The notes: a model not told the origin generated them from the sequence alone. A DNA stretch of 64,000 bases from Methylotenera sp. (GCA_035460465.1 DATHWQ010000032.1:33427-97426), one strand, 5' to 3'. Shown: positions 1 through 10,600, counted from the first letter of the stretch. A program made the numbers and translations.

Positions 1-2059
1 GATGCATCGGATCGGTATCATTGCGACTTTGCACGTATACCTCAAAGCCACCTGAGCTACCTAAACCACGGATTGCGGGAGGATTAAAGGCAATCGCTAA
101 ACCATCGGGTTGTTGCATACCGATACCAAATATCTTACCAACAATATCATCGGCGGTAGATTCGCGTTCAGCCCAATCTTTTAAACGCACAAACATGGTT
201 GCCGCACTGGTTTTATTACCGCCACCAATTAAGTCAAAACCATAGACCGAAAACTCAAACGCCACGGCAGGATCTTTTGCAATCGCTTCACGCACGGCTT
301 CAGTCGTCTTAGTCGTGCGGCTCAAGGTTGCGCCATCCGGCATGATGACCGCAGTGACGACATAACCCTGGTCTTCCGCAGGTACAAAACTGCCCGGTAC
401 TGTTCTTAACAACACGATAACGAAAATAATAATCGTACCGAACACCACAGTACCGATGATTCTATGATGCAGCGTCAAATTCACTACGCGGGAATAGAAA
501 TTGGTCAAACGGCTAAAGTTGCGGTTAAACGGCCTAAAGAATGCTGAGTCACCATGTACTGATTTCAACAGGATTGCACACAGAGCGGGGGTCAGCGTTA
601 AAGCCACCACACCAGAAATCACCACAGCTACAGCCACAGTCACGGCGAATTGACGGTACATCTCACCGGCAATACCGCCCAAGAACGCAACCGGAATGAA
701 CACTGCACATAGCACCAACACAATCGCCACTACAGCGGCAGACACCTGCTCCATTGATTTAACCGCGGCCTTGATAGGCGACAGCTTCTCTTCCGTCATT
801 AACCGCTCGACGTTCTCCAGCACCACAATCGCATCATCCACCACAATACCGATGGATAAGACCATGGCGAACAACGTTAGAGTGTTGATGGAGAAACCGA
901 ATATCCACAAACCTGCGAACGTACCAATCAACGAAATCGGCACTGCAATCAGTGGAATCAAAGTAGCGCGCCAGCTTTGCAGGAATACGAATACCACCAA
1001 CACCACCAAAATCATGGCTTCGCCCAATGTCTTCACAACTTCCCAAATAGAAGCTTTAACGAAGTCACTAGTATCGTATGGCACTTCCCAATCTACACCC
1101 TCTGGGAATCTTTGTTTTAACTCCGCCATTTTCGTTTTAATGGCATCTGCAGTATCCAGTGCATTAGCACCGGTTTGCAAGAAGATAGGAATACCCACAC
1201 CAGGCAAACCATCCAAGGCGGTACGTACGTTATAGCTTTGTGAGCCTAACTCGATACGTGCCACATCTTTTAGATAGAGCACACCACGTGGACCATCTGC
1301 ACGGATTATGATATTACCAAATTCTGAAGGCTCAATCAGACGACCTTTAGCGGTCACAGTGTAAACAAGCTGCTGGCTGGAAGGAGATGGCTCTTGGCCG
1401 ATCTTACCTGCCGCGTATTGCGCGTTCTGCGCTTGAATAGCGTTAGAAATATCGGTAGTTGTAATGCCTAATTGCGCCATGCGATCTGGTTTTAACCAAA
1501 TACGCATCGAGTAATCTTGCGCACCAAAGATAATGGCATCACCAACACCTTTGATACGTTTCAACTCATCCAACACGTTAAGCGTCGCGTAATTACTTAG
1601 GTATAAAGGATCATATTTTTTCAGCTTATCGGTCAACATCACAACCAATAAGATGTCATTAGAACGTTTTTGTACGACTAAACCAGTACGACGTACTTCA
1701 TCCGGCAGACGCGGCAAAGCAATATTGACGCGGTTACTTACGTTAAAGGTAGCCTGATTAATATCTGTACCAACTTCAAACGTCGCAGTAATGGTCAAGG
1801 TGCCGCTAGAGTCAGCACTTGAGTTGAAGTAAAGCAGCCCTTCAACGCCGCTTAGTTGCTCTTCAATCGGCGCTGCAACTGTTTTAGATAGTGTATCTGC
1901 ACTCGCACCTGGGTACGTTGCTGTAATCAATACGGTTGGCGGCGCAATCTGCGGATACTGCGCAATCGGCAACTTCAGCGCAGCAGCTAAACCTGCCAAT
2001 ATAATAATGATTGATAATACAGAGGCAAAGATAGGCCTCGTAATAAAGAATTTAGACAT
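1..2059 (-). CDS. RND multidrug efflux permease (AcrB/MexB family), truncated by window edge
   Basis: Reverse strand from ATG at 2059 reads MSKFFITRPIFASVLSIIIILAGLAAALKLPIAQYPQIAPP, a typical HAE1 N-terminus; it also contains IGIVVDDAIVVLENVER. Lies directly downstream of the MFP gene. Confidence 0.95.
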   Translation of the reverse strand, partial: MSKFFITRPIFASVLSIIIILAGLAAALKLPIAQYPQIAPPTVLITATYPGASADTLSKTVAAPIEEQLSGVEGLLYFNSSADSSGTLTITATFEVGTDINQATFNVSNRVNIALPRLPDEVRRTGLVVQKRSNDILLVVMLTDKLKKYDPLYLSNYATLNVLDELKRIKGVGDAIIFGAQDYSMRIWLKPDRMAQLGITTTDISNAIQAQNAQYAAGKIGQEPSPSSQQLVYTVTAKGRLIEPSEFGNIIIRADGPRGVLYLKDVARIELGSQSYNVRTALDGLPGVGIPIFLQTGANALDTADAIKTKMAELKQRFPEGVDWEVPYDTSDFVKASIWEVVKTLGEAMILVVLVVFVFLQSWRATLIPLIAVPISLIGTFAGLWIFGFSINTLTLFAMVLSIGIVVDDAIVVLENVERLMTEEKLSPIKAAVKSMEQVSAAVVAIVLVLCAVFIPVAFLGGIAGEMYRQFAVTVAVAVVISGVVALTLTPALCAILLKSVHGDSAFFRPFNRNFSRLTNFYSRVVNLTLHHRIIGTVVFGTIIIFVIVLLRTVPGSFVPAEDQGYVVTAVIMPDGATLSRTTKTTEAVREAIAKDPAVAFEFSVYGFDLIGGGNKTSAATMFVRLKDWAERESTADDIVGKIFGIGMQQPDGLAIAFNPPAIRGLGSSGGFEVYVQSRNDTDPMH

Positions 2060-2070
2060 ATTATTCTCGC

Positions 2071-3264
2071 TTAGGCTTTTTTAGCAGGCTTGGTTGCTGC
2101 ATGTGGCGCTGATGGCATCTCACCCTGTGCATGTGGTGATACAGGTGCACCAGGACGTAACTTGATAATATTATCGACAATGACTTTTTCGCCTAAATTA
2201 AGACCGCTCAAAACTACCCAGTCTTGCCCTACCCAGTTACCCACTGCGATTTGTTTAACTGTAGCCTCATTTTTTTCGTTTGCGACATAAACAAATTTGC
2301 CTAGGTCATTCGTTAACACCGCAGTTTGCGGCACAACAAACACACCATCTTGCTGACCAGTTGTTACGCGAATGCGTACAAACTGACCTGGTAATAAACT
2401 TTTATCATTATTCTCAAATGCAGCGCGCAGTTGCTGTGTGCCCAATTGTGGGTCTATGCTGCTGGAAGCAAAATTCAACTTACCTTTTTTGGCATACTCT
2501 TTGCCATTCGGCAATATCAATTTCACTTCTTTCACATTCGCTTGTGTTAAACGACCACCAAGCGCAGCAAACTCATTATCAGACAAGCTAAAGCGCACCC
2601 AGATTGGGGTGATTTGGCTGACAGTAGTCAATAAACTTGAATTCGGACTTACCAATGCACCCTCAGAAAACTCGAAACGGCCAGCTACACCTGATAGCGG
2701 TGATGTCACTGTGGTGTAAGACAGATTCAATTCGGCTTCACGTACACTAGCCTCATATTGTGCAAGCGCTGCACGGGCTAAAGAATTATCAGAGCCTGCA
2801 TTATCAGCCTCACGCTGACTGATTGATTGCGTCGCCAACAAGCCCTGTAAACGTTGTGCTTCACGCTGTGTTTGCTCAACACGTGCTCTTTGCTGGGCTA
2901 ATTGTGCTTTTGCGTTGGAGAGTGCGATTTGAAATGGCACAGGGTCAATTAAGAACATCGCCTGCCCTGCCTGAATTGTAGAGCCTTCTTCAAACAGTTT
3001 TTTAAGTAAGATACCACCAACACGCGGGCGAATCTCAACTTCTTTTGCACCCTCGGTTTGAGCAACGGCCTCAGCACTGATAGGCACACTTGTGGGTTGC
3101 ATCTCGATCACACTCACTGGCATGGCTGGCATTTGCCCACCGCCCTGTGATGCAGCATCACCTTTTTTTCCACATCCAAACAATACCAAGCTAGAAATTA
3201 AAATAACTATGGCAGCTTGAGAAACCGTTCTTTGTTGATATTGTTTAGTTGATTCGAATTCCAT
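2071..3264 (-). CDS. RND efflux periplasmic adaptor (AcrA/MexA family lipoprotein)
   Basis: Lipobox LFGC; EIRPRVGG and LLPGQFVR motifs; in an operon with the RND permease. Confidence 0.95.
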   Translation of the reverse strand: MEFESTKQYQQRTVSQAAIVILISSLVLFGCGKKGDAASQGGGQMPAMPVSVIEMQPTSVPISAEAVAQTEGAKEVEIRPRVGGILLKKLFEEGSTIQAGQAMFLIDPVPFQIALSNAKAQLAQQRARVEQTQREAQRLQGLLATQSISQREADNAGSDNSLARAALAQYEASVREAELNLSYTTVTSPLSGVAGRFEFSEGALVSPNSSLLTTVSQITPIWVRFSLSDNEFAALGGRLTQANVKEVKLILPNGKEYAKKGKLNFASSSIDPQLGTQQLRAAFENNDKSLLPGQFVRIRVTTGQQDGVFVVPQTAVLTNDLGKFVYVANEKNEATVKQIAVGNWVGQDWVVLSGLNLGEKVIVDNIIKLRPGAPVSPHAQGEMPSAPHAATKPAKKA

Positions 3265-3339
3265 TCATTACTCCATGTCTCTAATTACATTATGTTTATT
3301 ATGCGCCTGTTACATTAACCGTAGTCAAAAACGCTTGCT

Positions 3340-3386
3340 TACATTCAAGTTTGTATGTATATTATATACAAACAAGAATGTATGTA
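3340..3386. promoter_or_regulatory. Tandem AcrR/TtgR-type operators
   Basis: TACATTCAAGTTTGTATGTA (3340-3359) and TACAAACAAGAATGTATGTA (3367-3386) lie between the divergent acrA-like and acrR-like genes and resemble the TACATACA..TGTATGTA AcrR operator. Confidence 0.75.
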
Positions 3387-3444
3387 AATAACTTTTTGTT
3401 AAAATATGTTTGATATTTATTAGTAATACGGCGGGAAAAGCTAT

Positions 3445-4062
3445 ATGGTAAGAAAGACTAAAGAGGACGCAGAACTTACTCGACAACAAATTATTGATGC
3501 CGCTCGTGAGGTATTTTTAGTTCGTGGCGTCAGTCGTTCCACGCTGGAACATATTGCTGCACAAGCTAATGTCACACGCGGCGCGGTGTATTGGCATTTT
3601 AAAAACAAAACCGAGATTTTTCATGCCCTCCGCGATCAGGTCTTTTTACCACTCATCGACCGCATGGATGATACTTTAGCAGTCGAAAGCGATGTAGACC
3701 CGCTGACTCAAATTGAAAACAGCCTATGCGAGACTATCCATGAGCTTAATGAAAACATGGAAATGCGTCAAACTTATGAAATCATGATGATTAAATGCGA
3801 GTATGTTGATGAATTTGCATCTGTGCTGCAACAGATTCTTAACAACTGCTCAAACATCACAGAAAAGATGCAACTTGCCTACGAGCGCGCTCAATCACTC
3901 AACATGTTAGTTAGTACACATACTCCACGCGCCCTAGCGCTGGATACACATCTATTTTTTGGTGGTTTGCTACATATGTGGGTAAAGGATTTTGACGGCA
4001 GTAGATTCCGCTTTCAAGCGACAGAACTGATTAAATCGCACATCAATCTACGTAGAAAATAA
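3445..4062 (+). CDS. acrR: TetR/AcrR family repressor of the efflux operon
   Basis: MVRKTKEDAELTRQQIIDAA...TRGAVYWHFKNK helix-turn-helix; divergent from the efflux genes. Confidence 0.85.
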   Translation: MVRKTKEDAELTRQQIIDAAREVFLVRGVSRSTLEHIAAQANVTRGAVYWHFKNKTEIFHALRDQVFLPLIDRMDDTLAVESDVDPLTQIENSLCETIHELNENMEMRQTYEIMMIKCEYVDEFASVLQQILNNCSNITEKMQLAYERAQSLNMLVSTHTPRALALDTHLFFGGLLHMWVKDFDGSRFRFQATELIKSHINLRRK

Positions 4063-4863
4063 CTAAGCTGTCTTATTTCTCTTTAAGCTTTTAATGAGTA
4101 GATCGGTTAAATCGACTACATTTGATGTTTCCTCTTCTTTGCTAAAAGCCTCCAAAGGCTCAACTTTTTCCGTTTCACCTAATTCAACTTTACGACTGAC
4201 TAGTTTAAGTATGGTGTCGCTAAACTTATCTTTAAAGTTGCTGGCTTTCCAAGGGAAGGTCATCTCCTTGATTAGTTGATTAGCCATTTTTAGTTCATCC
4301 GCTTTCAAGTCTGTTTTGCCTTTAGGCGGTAGCTTTAAATCAGACATTGTTTTCATTTGTCTTTCCCAGCGGATCGTGTTTAACATCAAGGCTGATTCAA
4401 ATGGGATAAGGGCAGCCAGATGTTGTTTAGTGTGCAACACAACGCGAGAAATCCCAACGACATCCGCTTCAATCATTGCTTCTCGCAGTAACGTATACAC
4501 TTTTTCCCCTTTGCCTGTAGGTTCGAGAAAATAAGGTTGTTCTAATAGAAAAAAAGAAATCTCACGGGCTTTTACAAAAGTTTCGATTTCAATGGTTTGA
4601 GTAGATTTAGGAAAAGCCGCCTTAATTTCATCATCACTTAAAATGACATACTCGCCGTCATCCTGTTTAATCCCTTTCACAATATTTTCTTTTTCAATCT
4701 CTTTACCGGTGCGTTTGTTGATCCGTTTGTAACCCACAGGATCCATAGACCGCTTATCTAACCAGTCAAAATCAATGCCAACATCATGCGCAGCACTATA
4801 GAGTGCAACTGGAACATGCACCAGACCAAAACTGATTGCGCCCTTCCAAATTGCGTGTGCCAT
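4063..4863 (-). CDS. ku: Ku protein, non-homologous end joining
   Basis: MAHAIWKGAISFGLVHVPV N-terminus and VVDLTDLL C-terminus; start chosen at ATG 4863; downstream of ligD. Confidence 0.95.
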   Translation of the reverse strand: MAHAIWKGAISFGLVHVPVALYSAAHDVGIDFDWLDKRSMDPVGYKRINKRTGKEIEKENIVKGIKQDDGEYVILSDDEIKAAFPKSTQTIEIETFVKAREISFFLLEQPYFLEPTGKGEKVYTLLREAMIEADVVGISRVVLHTKQHLAALIPFESALMLNTIRWERQMKTMSDLKLPPKGKTDLKADELKMANQLIKEMTFPWKASNFKDKFSDTILKLVSRKVELGETEKVEPLEAFSKEEETSNVVDLTDLLIKSLKRNKTA

Positions 4864-4889
4864 CAATATTTCCAGTGTTAAAAGCAAGC

Positions 4890-7415
4890 TTACTTAAATA
4901 ATTTAATCGCGGCAGTGATGTCTACTGCGGCATGATTGTATTCTTTCCACGGTTTATTCCCTTTTTCCAACCGAGCGTGAATGGTCTTTATGTTCCAATG
5001 GTTACCACCATCAATGGAGGCCAGTTCATCCCAATTGATAGGAACCGAAACTCCTAGGCCAGGACGTGCTCGCGCCGACCATGCACAGACCGTAGTAGCG
5101 CTCTCACCATTACGAAGATAATCAATATAAATTTTTCCAATACGATTTTTAGGGCCACTTTTTGCGACAAATCTAGCGGGTATTGTTTTCGCAATATGAT
5201 TAACGATGGCTTCTGACAAGCCTTTTACTTGCTCCCAGTTGTATTTCATTTTGAGTGGAACGACAATATGCAAGCCTTTCCCACCACTTGTTTTTAGGAA
5301 TGTGGGTAATGGAATTTCAGCTAAAAAAGCTTGTACCATCTGCGCTGCTTCTTGTACCTGCTGCCACTGCACTCCTTCGCCAGGGTCCAAGTCAAAAACT
5401 ATTCTATTCGGTTGATTAGGATGGTTATTGAAGTTATTCCCCGTGTGGAATTCAATAACATTCCATTGCGCAGAGGTGAGCAGGCCTTGTTCGCTGGCAA
5501 TTTCCAAAAATGGCTCATGCTCCTTATCAAGGTTAACTTGAATCACACCTTCTAATTTTTCAACTTCTGCATGTTTCTGAAAGAAAAGCTCACCTTGTAT
5601 ACCTTGAGGCGCGCGGAGCAGAGCAACAGGCCGATGCGCTAAATGCTCCAGCATTAAATGCTTAACTAGGTCGTAATATTTAACGAGATCAATTTTAGTA
5701 GTTCCCGCATCAATTAAACGATTAGGGTGAGTAACCCTTAAATGACTAGACAAGGTAGACGGTGTTAAATCTTCAGAGGAACCAATAGATGCCATAGGCT
5801 TAATGACTTCACGCGTGATTTGATCGGCAGGTTTATCGGTTCTTAATCCATGAAATACAGGATGACGTAAGCGCCCTTCTTCGGTCCATTCCCGATAAGA
5901 AACTTCTGCTAATAATTTTGCCTTCGCCCAATGAGGTTTACCCATCAAGATTTTTGGCGGTTTTGGAAAAGGAGAAGCTTTAGAAGCCAGCGCATCAAGT
6001 TTAGACTTGATATCAATTAAAGATTTCTGATCAAATCCAGTACCTACATTGCCGGCATAGGTAAGCTCACCATGTTCGTTATGCACACCTAGCAACAAGG
6101 CTCCAAACCCTTGCCGCGAACCTTTTGGCTCGGTATAGCCTGCAATCACAAACTCTTGCCTGTAGCTGCATTTAATCTTAACCCAGCTAGAAGTTCTTCT
6201 CGGTAAATAATGAGAGTTACGATGTTTGGCAATGATTCCTTCTAAGCCAAGTTTACAGACTGAAGCAATCAGGTTTTTAGCTGATGTTTCAAAAACCTCG
6301 CTAAGCCGCACTGTTCCAGATGTCTTTTTTTCCAGAGTATGTTTTAACAGGGCTTTACGCATCATCAATGGCACATACTCCAAATTCATTCCATTGAAAT
6401 ATGGAAGGTCAAATAAATATAGAATGATGTTATTAGAGTTATCAGTATCCATGGCCCGCTGTAGCAGGCCGAAGTCGGGAATATCATTGTCATCCAACAC
6501 GACTATTTCGCCGTCATACCACCCTGAGGGTAATTTCAATTTCGAAATTTCTGCGTGTAGGCTTTTTAGTTTAGACGTCCAGTCATTACCGTTTCGACTG
6601 AATAGTTTGATGTCATTATCTTCAATACGCATCAGAAGACGATAACCGTCAAACTTTATTTCATAGATCCACTCATCATTGTTTTTAGGCGGACTATCAG
6701 TGAGTACCGCTAATTGAGGTGCCAATTTCGTTGGTAATTTTCCTTTGCTGGCGCCAGCTTTTAATAGCAAACTATCACTACTTAAATCTTCCGGTTTTAG
6801 TTCCCTGGTTTCATTAGTGGTTTCTTTAGAGGCAGGCGTTACAGATGTATTTCTTTTAAAGGATTTTAAAGATGAAACGCTCTCTGGCAATTCATCCACA
6901 ACACTGTAGTCCTGTGCTGCTTTAGCGAACTCATCTTTTTCTTTTATTAACAGCCAAGGTTCCTGCTTAACGCTTTTACCTTTCATTCGCACCAGAGCCC
7001 AATTGCCCTGTAGTTTTTGACCGTTCAACTGAAACTTAAGATTGCCTTCTTTATAACCTTCTTCGGGATTACCTACCGGCACCCAATATCCTTTATCCCA
7101 CACAATGACTTTGCCCGCGCCATATTGTTTGGCGGGAATAGTACCTTCAAAACTTGCATAGGAAATTGGATGATCTTCGACATGAACAGCCAGTCGCTTA
7201 TCTTTAGGGTCATAACTGGGGCCTTTAGGAACCGCCCAGCTTTTTAACGTGCCATTTAGTTCAAGTCGAAAATCATAATGCAGCCTGCTTGCCCAATGCT
7301 TCTGTATCACAAATGAAAGCGCGTTTTTATTCGCCACGCCTTTATCAACGGGTTCAGGCGTTATTGAAAAGTTTCGTTTGGCTTTGTATTTCGCCAATAA
7401 ATCGTAAGCATTCAT
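4890..7415 (-). CDS. ligD: DNA ligase D (phosphoesterase-ligase-polymerase), NHEJ
   Basis: FVIQKHWASRLHYDFRLE (phosphoesterase), EIKFDGYR (ligase KxDG), VFDLDP and KTSGGKGLH (primase-polymerase). Confidence 0.97.
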   Translation of the reverse strand: MNAYDLLAKYKAKRNFSITPEPVDKGVANKNALSFVIQKHWASRLHYDFRLELNGTLKSWAVPKGPSYDPKDKRLAVHVEDHPISYASFEGTIPAKQYGAGKVIVWDKGYWVPVGNPEEGYKEGNLKFQLNGQKLQGNWALVRMKGKSVKQEPWLLIKEKDEFAKAAQDYSVVDELPESVSSLKSFKRNTSVTPASKETTNETRELKPEDLSSDSLLLKAGASKGKLPTKLAPQLAVLTDSPPKNNDEWIYEIKFDGYRLLMRIEDNDIKLFSRNGNDWTSKLKSLHAEISKLKLPSGWYDGEIVVLDDNDIPDFGLLQRAMDTDNSNNIILYLFDLPYFNGMNLEYVPLMMRKALLKHTLEKKTSGTVRLSEVFETSAKNLIASVCKLGLEGIIAKHRNSHYLPRRTSSWVKIKCSYRQEFVIAGYTEPKGSRQGFGALLLGVHNEHGELTYAGNVGTGFDQKSLIDIKSKLDALASKASPFPKPPKILMGKPHWAKAKLLAEVSYREWTEEGRLRHPVFHGLRTDKPADQITREVIKPMASIGSSEDLTPSTLSSHLRVTHPNRLIDAGTTKIDLVKYYDLVKHLMLEHLAHRPVALLRAPQGIQGELFFQKHAEVEKLEGVIQVNLDKEHEPFLEIASEQGLLTSAQWNVIEFHTGNNFNNHPNQPNRIVFDLDPGEGVQWQQVQEAAQMVQAFLAEIPLPTFLKTSGGKGLHIVVPLKMKYNWEQVKGLSEAIVNHIAKTIPARFVAKSGPKNRIGKIYIDYLRNGESATTVCAWSARARPGLGVSVPINWDELASIDGGNHWNIKTIHARLEKGNKPWKEYNHAAVDITAAIKLFK

Positions 7416-7517
7416 GATGTTTTAAAAGTACATCCCCAAACATTTAATTGATTCAAGCCCCTGCTGGTTAGTATCACATCTCTCGTGATGAGTTCCTTGA
7501 ACTCATCCGATTAGAAA

Positions 7518-7562
7518 ATTATCACTTACGCTTTAAAAATACTCTGTCTGTTATCGAACATA
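7518..7562 (-). promoter_or_regulatory. Putative CRP/FNR-like activator box plus -10 element facing ligD-ku
   Basis: Minus strand reads TA-TGTTCG-ATAA-CAGACA-GAG (core 7560-7545), then GATAAT (7523-7518) 21 nt after the core. Confidence 0.7.
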
Positions 7563-7637
7563 GAGCTAAAAATCATGTTTTACAGACATACTCATTTGAA
7601 CCAAGCGTTCGTAAGACTCATATCAATTTATTAGAGT

Positions 7638-7682
7638 TATGTGCGCTATCGTACTGACGATAATTAGAGTGATATTTAAGAT
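7638..7682 (+). promoter_or_regulatory. Putative CRP/FNR-like activator box plus -10 element facing asmA
   Basis: TA-TGTGCG-CTAT-CGTACT-GAC (core 7640-7655), then TAAGAT (7677-7682) 21 nt after the core. Confidence 0.7.
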
Positions 7683-7873
7683 TTAAATCTAAGTAATAAT
7701 TAGTTATTGAGATAGATAGTTTTACTTACTATGCAGGAAAGCGCCTACAAATTAATCAGCAATTATCCTATTTGTTACTTGGCCTTCTACATTCAATATT
7801 GAGAGCCATGATTATTATCTTTAATCATATTTAATTAGCATTAAAAAGAAGTATTTCAAGCTAAGGATTTCCA

Positions 7874-9946
7874 ATGCTGACATTCAAAAAGATAGCTAAT
7901 AAACCGCTATTTTTTTCAGTTTCAATAATCTTGGTTTTGATATCAATGATTGTTGTTTTTGAAATGCTTGGCTGGCCGTTTCTCAAAGAACCCTTAGAGA
8001 AATTTATGGCACAGAATCTAGAGCGTTCTATCAAAATAGACAGACCATTTAAACTTAAATTAATAGGTGGTTTGCAAATCAATGCGGCTGGGTTCTGGAT
8101 ATCTGCCCCTGCCGAATTTAAAGTCCCTCACCTAGCCAATGCAAAGGGACTTGAGCTCCAATTACGCTACAGCGATTTATGGAACATCAAAGATGGTGAT
8201 CCATATGTCATTAAATCAATTAAAGCCGAACAAGTGGATGCAAATTTAGTCCGGCTTTTAAATGGTAAATCCACATGGCAATTCAATAAAGATGAGAATG
8301 ACCCTATTCGACCTTTTCCAGTGATTCAAACACTGGTGATTCGCAAAGGCCAAGCCAATGTAAATGATAGCCTTACCAAGGCAAACCTCGTCGTCAGCTT
8401 TGACACCAACGAAGGGAAAAGTAATACAGCTTCAATCTCAAAAGTTGCTATTAAAGGTGATTTCCGTGAACGTAAATTAAAAAGCGAATTAATCACGCAC
8501 GGTTTTCTGCCAATTGCTTCTCAAGATAAAAATTCACCACCTGTGTCGTCAAAAGGTTGGCTGGAATATGGGAATGTCCATATGGATTTTGATGGCTTTG
8601 TTTACGACCTATTTGGTGAACAAACTGTTAAAGGAAAATTGGCCGTAAATGGTTCATCTTTAGGGGAGTTGGGCGATTTACTTAGCATCACACTCCCGCG
8701 TACTACAGCATTTAAGATTATGAGTAGTGTAGAGAGAAATCAGGAAGGCTGGCTCATTGATATTGCGTCAGCACGTGTTGGACAAAGCGATTTGTACGGT
8801 AAATTTAAATATGACACGCGTCCTGAAAAGTCTATCCTACAAGGAGAGCTTAAAGGTAAGCGCTTTGTGTTGGCAGATTTAGCGCCTGCATTTGGTAGCG
8901 CAGATGTAGAGCCAGGCAAAAGAGAGCGTATATTTCCTGATAAACCTTTGGATTTTGCTACCTATAACCGTATGAATGCAGATATCAGTGTAGATATTGA
9001 TTATGTAGATCTAGGCAAAGCTTTTCGTGAGCCAATCAAACCATTCAAAGCAAGTTTAGACCTTAATAAAAATAAATTATCTCTCGCCAAAATTGATGCG
9101 AGAACTGCTCAGGGTAGTATTTCAGGAGATATCTATATTGATGCGCATGAGCAGAAAAAGGTAGCAAATCCTCAGCAAGAAAGAAACCTGGAACAGATAA
9201 AACCTGATTGGAATATCAATTTAGCAGTTAAGGATATCAATCTGGAAAAATGGTTACAAATCTCTGCTGCTCGTAAAAAAAATGCTAAAGAAGCGAATAA
9301 AAGTGAAGCCTCCCAAGCCTATGTAACAGGATTTTTAAATGGCAAAGCTAAACTCGAGGGCAAAGGTAACTCTACCGCCCAGTTATTACAATCCCTTAAT
9401 GGCGACCTCTCGCTCTATGTACGTAACGGAAAAATTTCTCACTTGATAGTAGAAGCGGTCGGATTAGATATAGCGCAAGCCATCGGAGTTTTAATCGAAG
9501 GCGACAAACCTATCATCATGGAATGCGCGGTCATGGATTTTAAAGCTAAGCAAGGCATCTTAAAATCTAATGTAGCCTTAATTGATACACCTGTTACCAC
9601 AATTGTGTTAGATGGAAATATCGATATGGGTGAAGAGAAATATGATCTACGAATGATGGCAGAGCCTAAAAACTTCTCCCCATTTACGATTCGATCCCCT
9701 ATTCATTTAACAGGCACTTTTCTTAATCCAGATGTTGCACCAGATGCTGCGCCAATAGGAGCACGCGTTGCGGGCGGGATTCTGCTAGCTTTAATAAATC
9801 CGCTTGCTGCCATTCTTCCATTTCTTGACCCAGGTAAAATCAGCAGCAACACCAATGATGTGACATGCAATAACACCTTGACCTATATGAAAAAGAATAA
9901 CAAACAAGGAGTTGAGAAGAACAAGCTAAGCTCAGTAAGCAGATGA
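7874..9946 (+). CDS. AsmA family protein (YhjG-like)
   Basis: 690 aa with an N-terminal TM followed by GWPFLKEP, beta-rich body, and C-terminal LALINPLAAILPFLD typical of AsmA/YhjG. Confidence 0.85.
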   Translation: MLTFKKIANKPLFFSVSIILVLISMIVVFEMLGWPFLKEPLEKFMAQNLERSIKIDRPFKLKLIGGLQINAAGFWISAPAEFKVPHLANAKGLELQLRYSDLWNIKDGDPYVIKSIKAEQVDANLVRLLNGKSTWQFNKDENDPIRPFPVIQTLVIRKGQANVNDSLTKANLVVSFDTNEGKSNTASISKVAIKGDFRERKLKSELITHGFLPIASQDKNSPPVSSKGWLEYGNVHMDFDGFVYDLFGEQTVKGKLAVNGSSLGELGDLLSITLPRTTAFKIMSSVERNQEGWLIDIASARVGQSDLYGKFKYDTRPEKSILQGELKGKRFVLADLAPAFGSADVEPGKRERIFPDKPLDFATYNRMNADISVDIDYVDLGKAFREPIKPFKASLDLNKNKLSLAKIDARTAQGSISGDIYIDAHEQKKVANPQQERNLEQIKPDWNINLAVKDINLEKWLQISAARKKNAKEANKSEASQAYVTGFLNGKAKLEGKGNSTAQLLQSLNGDLSLYVRNGKISHLIVEAVGLDIAQAIGVLIEGDKPIIMECAVMDFKAKQGILKSNVALIDTPVTTIVLDGNIDMGEEKYDLRMMAEPKNFSPFTIRSPIHLTGTFLNPDVAPDAAPIGARVAGGILLALINPLAAILPFLDPGKISSNTNDVTCNNTLTYMKKNNKQGVEKNKLSSVSR

Positions 9947-9966
9947 GTGAGTATCAATAAATTTAG

Positions 9967-10011
9967 TATGTACGTTAACGCACAGAGCCATTAATGGTTT
10001 AAGAATATGCT
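9967..10011 (+). promoter_or_regulatory. Putative CRP/FNR-like activator box plus -10 element
   Basis: TA-TGTACG-TTAA-CGCACA-GAG (core 9969-9984), then TATGCT (10006-10011) 21 nt after the core. Confidence 0.75.
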
Positions 10012-10083
10012 GCAATTTTTGTACGAGATTTAGAGCAACTGCTTTAAATACTTGTGCTCTTTTTTATTTATATAAAGGAATTT

Positions 10084-10362
10084 ATGATGAATCATTCAAA
10101 ATTAACATTAACACTATTTACTGCGCTTAGTATTACTGCTTTAGGTCTTACTGCTTGCGATAAACCGACTGTAGTCAATGTTCCCGCAGATACTGTTGTT
10201 GTGCCAGGGCCTCCAGGGCCTGCAGGTGCACCGGGCGAACCAGGTAAAACTGGAGATGCTGGCGAAACCGGCAACACTGGTGACAAAGGAGTCCAAGGTG
10301 AAACTGGCGATAGCACTACTGTCATTATTACGCCGCCCGCTGAACCTACAACAACCAACTAA
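10084..10362 (+). CDS. Small collagen-like lipoprotein
   Basis: RBS AAGGAA before ATG 10084; lipobox LTAC; 12 consecutive Gly-X-Y triplets (GPP GPA GAP ... GET GDS). Confidence 0.85.
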   Translation: MMNHSKLTLTLFTALSITALGLTACDKPTVVNVPADTVVVPGPPGPAGAPGEPGKTGDAGETGNTGDKGVQGETGDSTTVIITPPAEPTTTN

Positions 10363-10441
10363 AGTATGTATCAAAAAAGTTAGCCATTTTCAATTGTTAT
10401 ATTTATTCAATTGTAAGGTTTAACTAATTAAGGAGAGTGTC

Positions 10442-10600
10442 ATGAGCTTAGGCACAATATTATTGATTATTTTAGTTCTACTATTAGTCGGGGCAATTCC
10501 CACCTGGCCTCATAGTAGAAGCTGGGGTTATGGGCCAAGTGGTGGTTTGGGGCTCATCTTAATTGTGATAATCGTTTTGTTATTACTTGGACGAATTTAA
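10442..10600 (+). CDS. DUF3309 family small membrane protein (52 aa, absent from ORF track)
   Basis: RBS AGGAG; [52 protein letters not shown]; the [16 protein letters not shown] signature; TAATG coupling to the next gene. Confidence 0.9.
   Translation: MSLGTILLIILVLLLVGAIPTWPHSRSWGYGPSGGLGLILIVIIVLLLLGRI

Noticed and set aside
696-1235. 179-aa plus-strand ORF and the many other short antisense ORFs in the track
   Set aside because: They are shadows of well-supported genes on the opposite strand, with no RBS or family signal.
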